DNA from: Clostridia bacterium
GTDB lineage: Bacteria; Bacillota; Clostridia; Oscillospirales; CAG-272
DNA length: 64,000 nt
Reading direction: 5' to 3'
NCBI GenBank assembly: GCA_017403155.1
Contig: JAFQOP010000014.1
Span: forward strand, 121,677-185,676
Below are positions 19,616 through 26,728 of this stretch, piece after piece (positions within the stretch are counted from its first letter, which is position 1; the number at the start of each line of letters is the position of its first letter). Made by a program: the position numbers and the translations under genes. The notes under the pieces are model-generated. The model saw only the letters and a list, made by a program, of their open reading frames with translations. It was not told where the DNA came from and did no database searches.

Positions 19616-19628
19616 AATGGAGGTTAAT

Positions 19629-20711
19629 ATGATTTTTGAAAAGCTATCCAGGGCAGAGGATCGATATCGTGAGATAGAGCAGATGATTACTCTGCCCGAG
19701 GTCGTATCAAACAACAAGGAATACTCCAAGCTCATGAAGGAGTATAAGTCCCTGACACCGGTTATAGAAAAATACAGAGAATACAAGGATACTCAAAAGG
19801 CTGCTTCTGAGGCTGAGGAAATGATGCGCGACAGCGCGCTTGAGCCTGAGCTGCGTGAAATGGCAGAGGAGGAATATAAGAGTGAAAAGGAGAGGCTTGA
19901 CGTTCTTTTCGACGAGCTCCGTATTCTCCTCATTCCCAAGGACCCCAATGATTCGCGTAACGTTATCGTTGAGATAAGGCAGGGGGCAGGAGGCGAGGAA
20001 GCGGCACTCTTCGGTGCAGACCTGTATAGGATGTATTCTATGTATGCCGCCTCGCAGGGCTTCAAGACAGAGGTTACCGTGCTCAACGATACCGAGCTTG
20101 GTGGAATAAAGGAAATCGGCTTTATGGTAATCGGTGAGGGAGCATATTCAAAATTCAAGTTTGAGAGCGGTGTTCACAGAGTGCAGAGAATCCCTGTAAC
20201 CGAGTCTAACGGCAGAATTCAGACGTCGACAGTTACCGTAGCCGTGCTTCCCGAGGCGGAGGACGTTGAGGTAGAGGTAAATCCCGCCGATATAAAAATC
20301 GAATCCTGCAAATCAAGCGGTGCGGGCGGTCAGCATATCAACAAGACCGAATCGGCGGTTCGTCTGACGCATAAGCCAACAGGTATTGTGATTGAGTGCG
20401 ACCAGGAGCGCAGCCAGCTCCAGAACAAGGAAAAGGCTCTTAAAATTCTATATACCAAGCTCTATGATATGAAGCAAAGAGAGCAGGATGAGCTCATTGC
20501 CTCTACTAGAAAAAGCCAGGTAGGCAGCGGTGATCGCAGCGAGAAAATAAGGACATATAATTATCCTCAGTCAAGAGTCACCGACCACAGAATCAATAAG
20601 ACTGTATTCAATCTTTCTGCATTTCTTAACGGTGATATGGATGAGATCATCATGGATTTGATTGCGCAGGATACAGCCGAAAGACTCAAAGGTGAAAACA
20701 ATGGAGTCTAA
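19629..20711 (+). CDS. prfA: Peptide chain release factor 1
   Basis: GGQ motif SGAGGQHINKTESAVR and RF1-type PVT tripeptide (RIPVTES). SD GGAGG lies 6 nt upstream of ATG 19629. Confidence 0.95.
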   Translation: MIFEKLSRAEDRYREIEQMITLPEVVSNNKEYSKLMKEYKSLTPVIEKYREYKDTQKAASEAEEMMRDSALEPELREMAEEEYKSEKERLDVLFDELRILLIPKDPNDSRNVIVEIRQGAGGEEAALFGADLYRMYSMYAASQGFKTEVTVLNDTELGGIKEIGFMVIGEGAYSKFKFESGVHRVQRIPVTESNGRIQTSTVTVAVLPEAEDVEVEVNPADIKIESCKSSGAGGQHINKTESAVRLTHKPTGIVIECDQERSQLQNKEKALKILYTKLYDMKQREQDELIASTRKSQVGSGDRSEKIRTYNYPQSRVTDHRINKTVFNLSAFLNGDMDEIIMDLIAQDTAERLKGENNGV

Positions 20712-21747
20712 ATGTACTAAAGTTCTTAAAATAACGGAAAATAATACGGCAGAAATTAAATATGCCGCAGATGTATTATCGCGTGGCGGGCTGGTTGTTT
20801 TTCCTACCGAGACGGTCTACGGACTGGGTGCCGATGCGCTCAACGAGGCTGCCGTACGCAACATTTACGAGGCAAAGGGTCGCCCCTCAGATAATCCTCT
20901 AATTATCCATATTTCCTCCCCCGAAGAGGCGGAGAAATACGCCTATACTCACTCGATATACTATAAGCTTGCAGAGCGCTTTATGCCGGGGCCGCTTACA
21001 GTTGTTATGAAGGCGCGCTCGGTTGTTCCGAGTGTAACTCGCGGAGGTCTTGATACAGTTGCCGTACGTTGCCCGAAAAATGCGCTTGCAAGAGCCCTCA
21101 TTGCGGCATTCGGTCGCCCCGTTGCCGCTCCTTCTGCAAATATTTCGGGCACCCCTTCTCCAACCTCCCCGTCTCACGTAATCAAGGATATGACGGGCAG
21201 AGTGGACGTTATTATCGACGGAGGAGAATGCGACTTTGGTCTTGAATCGACTATCGTGTCGATAAATGACGACGGCTCGCTCATCCTCCTTCGCCCGGGA
21301 AGGATTACGGTAGACGACCTTCTCCTTGTTGTTGATGAGGTGAGAATCGCAGATGCAGTAACAGATAAGCTGCCCGAGGGGGCTGTTGCGCTCTCGCCCG
21401 GAATGAAGTACAAGCACTATGCACCGAAGGCCGATCTTGTGCTATTAGACGCAAGTGACGAAGAATTCGTCGAATTCGTTAGGCAAAACACCGAGGGCAG
21501 GGTAGGGATAATCGCCTACACCGAGCTTATTCCTGAGCTTGACGGATGTGGCAGAGTGTTTGATTTTGGCAGTCGGGATGAGGAGGAGGAGCACGCAAGG
21601 CGTCTTTTCTCAATACTTCGCCTTACCGACGAGGAAAGCCTTGACAAAATTTATGCCCCACTCCCCAGAACCGAGGGAATAGGGCTGGCGCTTTATAACA
21701 GAATGATCCGTGCTTCGGCACATAAAATAATCAGAATGAGACGGTAA
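20701..21747 (+). CDS. tsaC: L-threonylcarbamoyladenylate synthase (Sua5/YwlC/TsaC, long form)
   Basis: VVFPTETVYGLGADA, KGRPSDNPLI, SANISG motifs plus a C-terminal Sua5 domain. Overlaps the prfA stop by 11 nt. Confidence 0.85.
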   Translation: MESKCTKVLKITENNTAEIKYAADVLSRGGLVVFPTETVYGLGADALNEAAVRNIYEAKGRPSDNPLIIHISSPEEAEKYAYTHSIYYKLAERFMPGPLTVVMKARSVVPSVTRGGLDTVAVRCPKNALARALIAAFGRPVAAPSANISGTPSPTSPSHVIKDMTGRVDVIIDGGECDFGLESTIVSINDDGSLILLRPGRITVDDLLLVVDEVRIADAVTDKLPEGAVALSPGMKYKHYAPKADLVLLDASDEEFVEFVRQNTEGRVGIIAYTELIPELDGCGRVFDFGSRDEEEEHARRLFSILRLTDEESLDKIYAPLPRTEGIGLALYNRMIRASAHKIIRMRR

Positions 21748-21752
21748 AAATA

Positions 21753-23972
21753 ATGGCAAGGAAGAAAAAAACTGCCCAGGAAGAGACAATTGTAGCTGCT
21801 GAACCAACCGTTCAGCTTATTACAGAGACACTTGAAAAGAACTATATGCCCTATGCGATGAGTGTCATCGTATCCAGAGCAATTCCTGAGATAGACGGCT
21901 TCAAGCCCTCACACAGAAAGCTTCTTTATACTATGTATAAGATGGGACTTCTCAAGGGTCATAAAATCAAGAGTGCAAACATCGTCGGTCAGACTATGCA
22001 GCTCAACCCTCACGGCGATGCCTCGATATATGAGACGATGGTGCGACTCACAAGGGCGCACGAAGCTCTTTTGCACCCATTTATCGACTCCAAGGGCTCG
22101 TTCGGAAAGCACTATTCGCGCTCTGATCCCCCTGCAGCTTCAAGGTATACAGAGGCAAAGCTGGACGAAATATGCCAGGAGCTTTTTTCGGGCATAGATA
22201 AGAATGCGGTTGACTTCGTACCTAACTATGATAACACAACAACAGAGCCTGTTCTTCTTCCCACAACCTTCCCGAATATACTTATCTCTCCCAACCTCGG
22301 TATTGCGGTAGGTATATCGAGCTCTATCTGCTCGTTTAACCTTTCCGAGATATGCGACGGAACTATCGCGCTCCTCAAGAATCCAAATACCACAATAGAT
22401 CGTCTGCTCGATATAATCAAGGCGCCCGATTTTCCCGGCGGAGCCAAGATTATATATGACCGCGACCAGATGAAGAAGATCTATGAAACGGGATACGGCA
22501 GCTTCAAGCAGAGAGCTACCTACGAATTCGATAAAAAAGAGAACACAATAAATATCACACAGATTCCTTATTCGTCGAGTGTTGATGCCATCATCAAAAA
22601 GGCAAAGGAGATGGTAAAGCTCGGCAAGCTTCGCGAGGTCTCCGACGTTAAGGACCTTACGGATATCAACGGTCTGAAGCTTGCAATTTCACTCAAAAAG
22701 GATGCCGGCGTTGAGCTTGTAATGCAGAAGCTGTATGCTGCAACGGAGCTGGAGAACAACTTCGACTGTAATTTCAACGTCCTCGTCGGAGGCACTCCGT
22801 ATCAGCTGGGTGTCAAGGATATTCTCCTGGAGTGGATAAAGTTCAGGGTCGAGTGCGTACGGCGCGAGATTACCTACGACCTGCAGAAGAAGAGGGAAAA
22901 GCTCGAGCTGCTTGAGGGTCTTACCAAAATCCTTCTCAATATCGATCTTGCTATTAAGATAATTCGCAAGACCGTAAAGGAGGAGGACGTTGTTCCCAAC
23001 CTCTGTAAGGGCTTCGGCTTAAACCAGAGGCAGGCAGAGTACGTAGCGGATATCAAGCTTCGTCACATCAACAGAGAATATATTCTCAACAGAGCCAAGG
23101 AAATTGACGGACTTCGTGCCGAGATTGCCGATATGGAGGAAACTCTCAGGGACGACATCAAGCTCAAGTACGTTATCATTTCATCCCTCCAGACGGTTAA
23201 GAAGACCTACGGTCAGCCTCGCCGCACCGAGCTTATCGGCAAAGAGGAGGTTGTAGCGCCTGCGAAGGATATATTCTTTGAGAATTATAACTGCAAGCTC
23301 ATCCTTACAAGAGGCGGATATTTCAAGAAGCTCTCGATGCAGGCGGCGCGCGGTGCCGACGAGCATAAGCTCAAGGAGGGCGACTTTATAATCTACGAGG
23401 AGGATACGGATAACCGCGGTGATATTCTGTTCTTTACCGACAAGGGGCAGATCTACCGTGCCAAGGTTGCCGATTTCGAGCTTTGCAAGGCATCGCACAT
23501 GGGCGACTATATCCCCTCCAAGCTTTCTATGGAGGACGACGAGCACGTTGTCTACTGCAAGATGGTGTATGAGCTTAATCCCAAGCATCATATGATTTAT
23601 ATATTTGAAAACGGTAAGGGACTGCGTGTTTCTCTCGGAGCCTATGAGGCAAAAACCAAGCGCCGTAAGATATCCGGCGCGTACTCCTCTGTATCGCCTC
23701 TGGCGGGTGCCGTCTACGAAGGGGATAAGCCTATCAAGATATTTATTCGTTCGGTAGGAGGGAAGGGCATGCTTATAAAGAGTGACCTTGTCCCCGAAAA
23801 GACAACAAGAACGGCAGCAGGTGTACAGATTATGCAGCTGCCAAAGAAGGGCGGCAAGGTTGACCTTGTTACCGATAGAATAGACGATATAGGTGACGAT
23901 GCAGCAAAATGCCGCAAGCTGGCTATTCCGTCTACGGGTGTTGCGCTCAACCAAATGACCTTTAAGTTTTAA
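21753..23972 (+). CDS. Type IIA topoisomerase subunit A (ParC/GyrA-like), no adjacent B subunit
   Basis: 739 aa. KPSHRKLLY, NPHGDASIYETMVRL, and the catalytic Tyr in AASRYTEAKL. Confidence 0.85.
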   Translation: MARKKKTAQEETIVAAEPTVQLITETLEKNYMPYAMSVIVSRAIPEIDGFKPSHRKLLYTMYKMGLLKGHKIKSANIVGQTMQLNPHGDASIYETMVRLTRAHEALLHPFIDSKGSFGKHYSRSDPPAASRYTEAKLDEICQELFSGIDKNAVDFVPNYDNTTTEPVLLPTTFPNILISPNLGIAVGISSSICSFNLSEICDGTIALLKNPNTTIDRLLDIIKAPDFPGGAKIIYDRDQMKKIYETGYGSFKQRATYEFDKKENTINITQIPYSSSVDAIIKKAKEMVKLGKLREVSDVKDLTDINGLKLAISLKKDAGVELVMQKLYAATELENNFDCNFNVLVGGTPYQLGVKDILLEWIKFRVECVRREITYDLQKKREKLELLEGLTKILLNIDLAIKIIRKTVKEEDVVPNLCKGFGLNQRQAEYVADIKLRHINREYILNRAKEIDGLRAEIADMEETLRDDIKLKYVIISSLQTVKKTYGQPRRTELIGKEEVVAPAKDIFFENYNCKLILTRGGYFKKLSMQAARGADEHKLKEGDFIIYEEDTDNRGDILFFTDKGQIYRAKVADFELCKASHMGDYIPSKLSMEDDEHVVYCKMVYELNPKHHMIYIFENGKGLRVSLGAYEAKTKRRKISGAYSSVSPLAGAVYEGDKPIKIFIRSVGGKGMLIKSDLVPEKTTRTAAGVQIMQLPKKGGKVDLVTDRIDDIGDDAAKCRKLAIPSTGVALNQMTFKF

Positions 23973-23974
23973 TT

Positions 23975-24003
23975 AAAAAAAGAGGGCTCAGCCCTCTTTT
24001 TTT
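23975..24003. terminator. Bidirectional terminator between topoisomerase gene and response regulator gene
   Basis: AAAAAAAGAGGGC tca GCCCTCTTTTTTT. Confidence 0.8.
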
Positions 24004-24706
24004 AATTCTTTGTATCAAAGGTATATCCAACGCCCCAAACCGTCTTAAGTGACCACTTGTCCGATACACCCTCGAGCTTTTCGCGCAGTCTTTTAACGTG
24101 CACGTCAACAGTTCTTGAGTCACCGAGGTAGTCAAAGCCCCAGACCTTGTCAAGCAGCTGATTTCTGGTAAATACTCTGTCGCAGTTGGATGCAAGGAAG
24201 TAAAGCAGCTCCAGCTCCTTGGGAGGAACGTCAACAGCCTGACCGTTTATCTTGAGCTTGTACTTCACTAGGCTGATCTCGATATTCTCGAACTTCACAA
24301 CCTCGTCGTCGTTCTTTTTTGTGTGTGCATTATAGCGGCGGAGCACTGCCTTAATTCTCGCCGAGAGCTCCTTCATATCGAAGGGCTTAACGATAAAGTC
24401 GTCCGCGCCAAGCTCAAGTCCGAGCACCTTGTCAAAGACCTCTCCCTTTGCCGTTATCATAATAACGGGCTTGGAGGAAATTTCGCGGATCTCGCGGCAT
24501 ACCTGCCAGCCATCCTTTTTGGGCATCATTATGTCAAGCAGAACAAGATCGGGCTCATAGAGCTTGAAGCAATTGAGTCCCTCAATACCATCGTTGGCAC
24601 ACTTAACCTTGTAGCCCTCGTTTTCAAAATAAAGCTTGAGCATACCGCAGATATTAACGTCGTCGTCAACAATTAAAAGCTTAGTATCCATTTTTTGTCT
24701 CCTCAA
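24002..24706 (-). CDS. OmpR/PhoB-family response regulator (no cognate histidine kinase adjacent)
   Basis: Receiver domain (LLIVDDD, DLVLLDIMMP, ITAKG) plus a winged-helix C-terminus (RTVDVHVKRLREKL, VWGVGY). Confidence 0.9.
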   Translation of the reverse strand: MRRQKMDTKLLIVDDDVNICGMLKLYFENEGYKVKCANDGIEGLNCFKLYEPDLVLLDIMMPKKDGWQVCREIREISSKPVIMITAKGEVFDKVLGLELGADDFIVKPFDMKELSARIKAVLRRYNAHTKKNDDEVVKFENIEISLVKYKLKINGQAVDVPPKELELLYFLASNCDRVFTRNQLLDKVWGFDYLGDSRTVDVHVKRLREKLEGVSDKWSLKTVWGVGYTFDTKN

Positions 24707-24747
24707 ATTATTAACTTTGTTAAAAAACTTAAAAACTTAACAATTCA

Positions 24748-24776
24748 ATTATATAGCAAAAATATGTTATTGTCAA
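24748..24776 (-). promoter_or_regulatory. Consensus sigma-A promoter for the response regulator gene
   Basis: On the minus strand: TTGACA (24776-24771), 17 nt spacer, TATAAT (24753-24748). Confidence 0.55.
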
Positions 24777-24850
24777 GAATAAATTATTAACAATTTATGT
24801 TTTTTTGTTATAAAACATTTAACAGAAAAGGAAGAAGTAGAACAAAAAAC

Positions 24851-24879
24851 TTGATTTATTTGTCTTTATATGCTATAAT
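24851..24879 (+). promoter_or_regulatory. Sigma-A promoter for LysR-family gene
   Basis: TTGATT (24851-24856), 17 nt spacer, TATAAT (24874-24879). Confidence 0.5.
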
Positions 24880-24910
24880 GTATAAGAATACGAATAGAAG
24901 GTGACGTATT

Positions 24911-25834
24911 TTGAATATTTTACACATGAAATATGCTGTCGAGGTTTCAAAGCTCGGCTCACTAAACAAGGCGGCAGAGGTGTTGCTCATTGCACAACCT
25001 AACATAAGTCGCTCAATAAAAGAGCTGGAGGCAGATCTCGGCATCAGAATTTTTAAGCGCTCGGCAAAGGGAATGGTTTTGACTCCCGAGGGTGAGGAAT
25101 TCATAGGATATGCAAAAAGCATATTGAAGCAGATTGACGACGTTGAACAGCTGTATAAGCACGGCGCACCGAAGAAGCAGAAGTTTTCTATAAGCGTGCC
25201 GCGCGCATGCTATATATCGGACGCCTTTGCCTCCTTTTCAAAGAGTATCTCGGCTGAGCCCGCGGAGCTTTTCTACAAGGAAACCAACTCCCAAAGGACA
25301 ATCAGCAACGTTCTTGAGAAGGATTACAAGCTCGGAATAATCCGATACGCAGAGAGCTATGACAGATTCTTCAAGTCTATGCTGGAGGAAAAGGGGCTGT
25401 CTTATGAGATGATAGCAGAGTTCTCATACGTCCTGATTATGAGTGAGAATAACCCTCTTGCAAAAAAGGATATAGTGACATTTGAGGACCTGCCTCCTTA
25501 TATTGAAATAGCGCATGCCGACCCATACGTTCCGTCTCTGCCCTTATCAAAGGTTGTTAAGGACGAGCTGCCGGATAATATTGACCGCAGGATTTTTATA
25601 TTCGAGCGTGCGAGTCAGTTCGATCTTCTCTCTGAAAATTCGCAGACATTTATGTGGGTTTCACCTGCATCGCAGAAGATTTTGGACAGATACGGTCTTG
25701 TACAGAAGAAATGCGTAGATAACAAACGTGTTTATAAGGACGTACTTATATATAAGGAAGGGTACAAGCTTACAAAGCTGGATAAGGCGTTTATCACAGA
25801 GCTATGTGAGTCGAAGCGTAAGTATCTCCAATAA
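24911..25834 (+). CDS. LysR-family transcriptional regulator
   Basis: N-terminal HTH MNILHMKYAVEVSKLGSLNKAAEVLLIAQPNISRSIKELE, about 300 aa, TTG start. Confidence 0.85.
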   Translation: MNILHMKYAVEVSKLGSLNKAAEVLLIAQPNISRSIKELEADLGIRIFKRSAKGMVLTPEGEEFIGYAKSILKQIDDVEQLYKHGAPKKQKFSISVPRACYISDAFASFSKSISAEPAELFYKETNSQRTISNVLEKDYKLGIIRYAESYDRFFKSMLEEKGLSYEMIAEFSYVLIMSENNPLAKKDIVTFEDLPPYIEIAHADPYVPSLPLSKVVKDELPDNIDRRIFIFERASQFDLLSENSQTFMWVSPASQKILDRYGLVQKKCVDNKRVYKDVLIYKEGYKLTKLDKAFITELCESKRKYLQ

Positions 25835-25849
25835 TCTTTAAAAATAATG

Positions 25850-25864
25850 CTCTCTGACAGAGAG
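25850..25864. repeat. Perfect inverted repeat CTCTCTG-A-CAGAGAG (function unknown)
   Basis: Read directly from the sequence, 16 nt after the LysR stop codon. Confidence 0.6.
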
Positions 25865-25925
25865 GCTAATGCAATGATTTTGCCTGACAACCTCCTTTTT
25901 AAAGAATACAAGTTAATACTGACTA

Positions 25926-25967
25926 AAAAGCAGTTTCGCTAATACGGTGAGACTGCTTATTTTTATT
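25926..25967 (+). terminator. Intrinsic terminator after LysR-family gene
   Basis: AAGCAGT / ACTGCTT stem followed by ATTTTTATT. Confidence 0.6.
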
Positions 25968-25976
25968 GATATGCGG

Positions 25977-26002
25977 TATATCGATTGCCAATATATCGAT
26001 AT
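25977..26002. repeat. Two copies of TATATCGAT (ATCGAT-centred palindromes) 15 bp apart
   Basis: TATATCGAT at 25977-25985 and 25992-26000. The second copy extends to ATATCGATAT. Confidence 0.6.
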
Positions 26003-26030
26003 GAATAATACTGATATAACAATTTAATAA

Positions 26031-26067
26031 TTCCCAAAGGGTTAAAAGTGTGATAAAATTTTAACGA
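26031..26067 (+). promoter_or_regulatory. Candidate rex promoter (TTCCCA-17-TGaTAAAAT) overlapped by a degenerate Rex-box-like site GTGTGAT-N6-TTAACGA
   Basis: The extended -10 TGATAAAAT lies at 26051-26059. The site at 26048-26067 resembles the Rex operator TTGTGAA-N6-TTCACAA (left half 5/7; right half 5/7, or 6/7 against the clostridial TTAACAA variant). Confidence 0.35.
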
Positions 26068-26088
26068 ACTATATGGGAGGTGTGAAAA

Positions 26089-26706
26089 TTGAAGTTAAAC
26101 AGTGTTCCGAGGGCAACACTCGGAAGGCTTCCGCTTTATTTAAGCTACCTGAAGAGTCTATCGGAAACAAGTGCAACGGTTTCCGCCACCTCGATAGCAA
26201 GGGGGCTTTCTCTCGGTGACGTACAGGTGCGCAAGGACCTTGCCATTGTCAGCGGAGCAGGGAAGCCCAGAGTCGGCTATATAACAGCAAAGCTGATAAA
26301 TGACATTGAACGTCACCTTGGATACAAAAATATTACCGAGGCAATTCTCGTCGGTGCAGGAAAGCTTGGACGGGCACTCCTTGACTATAACGGCTTCGAG
26401 GAGTTTGGAATAAGTATTATTGCAGGATTTGACTGTAATGAACGAACAGTTCGTATAGGCAACGGCACAACGGCAATTCTTCCCATCAAGGAGCTCGACC
26501 GTATCTGCTCGGAGAATGACATCAAGCTCGGTATAATTACTGTTGGGCAGGGGTCTGCTCAAGAGGTATGTGACAAGATGGTGGAATGCGGCATTAAGGC
26601 GATATGGAATTTTGCACCGTGTCAATTGATTGTGCCCAAAGAAATCGTGCTCAAGCAGGAGAATCTTGCACTTTCCTTAGCATATCTGAAAAATTCAATT
26701 AGTTAA
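26089..26706 (+). CDS. rex: Redox-sensing transcriptional repressor Rex
   Basis: PRATLGRLPLYLSYL winged-helix N-terminus plus a Rossmann domain GAGKLGRALL. 205 aa. TTG start with GGGAGG SD. Confidence 0.9.
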   Translation: MKLNSVPRATLGRLPLYLSYLKSLSETSATVSATSIARGLSLGDVQVRKDLAIVSGAGKPRVGYITAKLINDIERHLGYKNITEAILVGAGKLGRALLDYNGFEEFGISIIAGFDCNERTVRIGNGTTAILPIKELDRICSENDIKLGIITVGQGSAQEVCDKMVECGIKAIWNFAPCQLIVPKEIVLKQENLALSLAYLKNSIS

Positions 26707-26728
26707 TTATTTTAGGAGGACATAAAAA

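Noticed and set aside
24717-24743. TTGTTAA ... TTAACAA as a Rex operator
   Set aside because: The half-sites match the clostridial Rex consensus, but the spacer is 13 nt instead of 4-6 nt. It is kept only as an unassigned inverted repeat.
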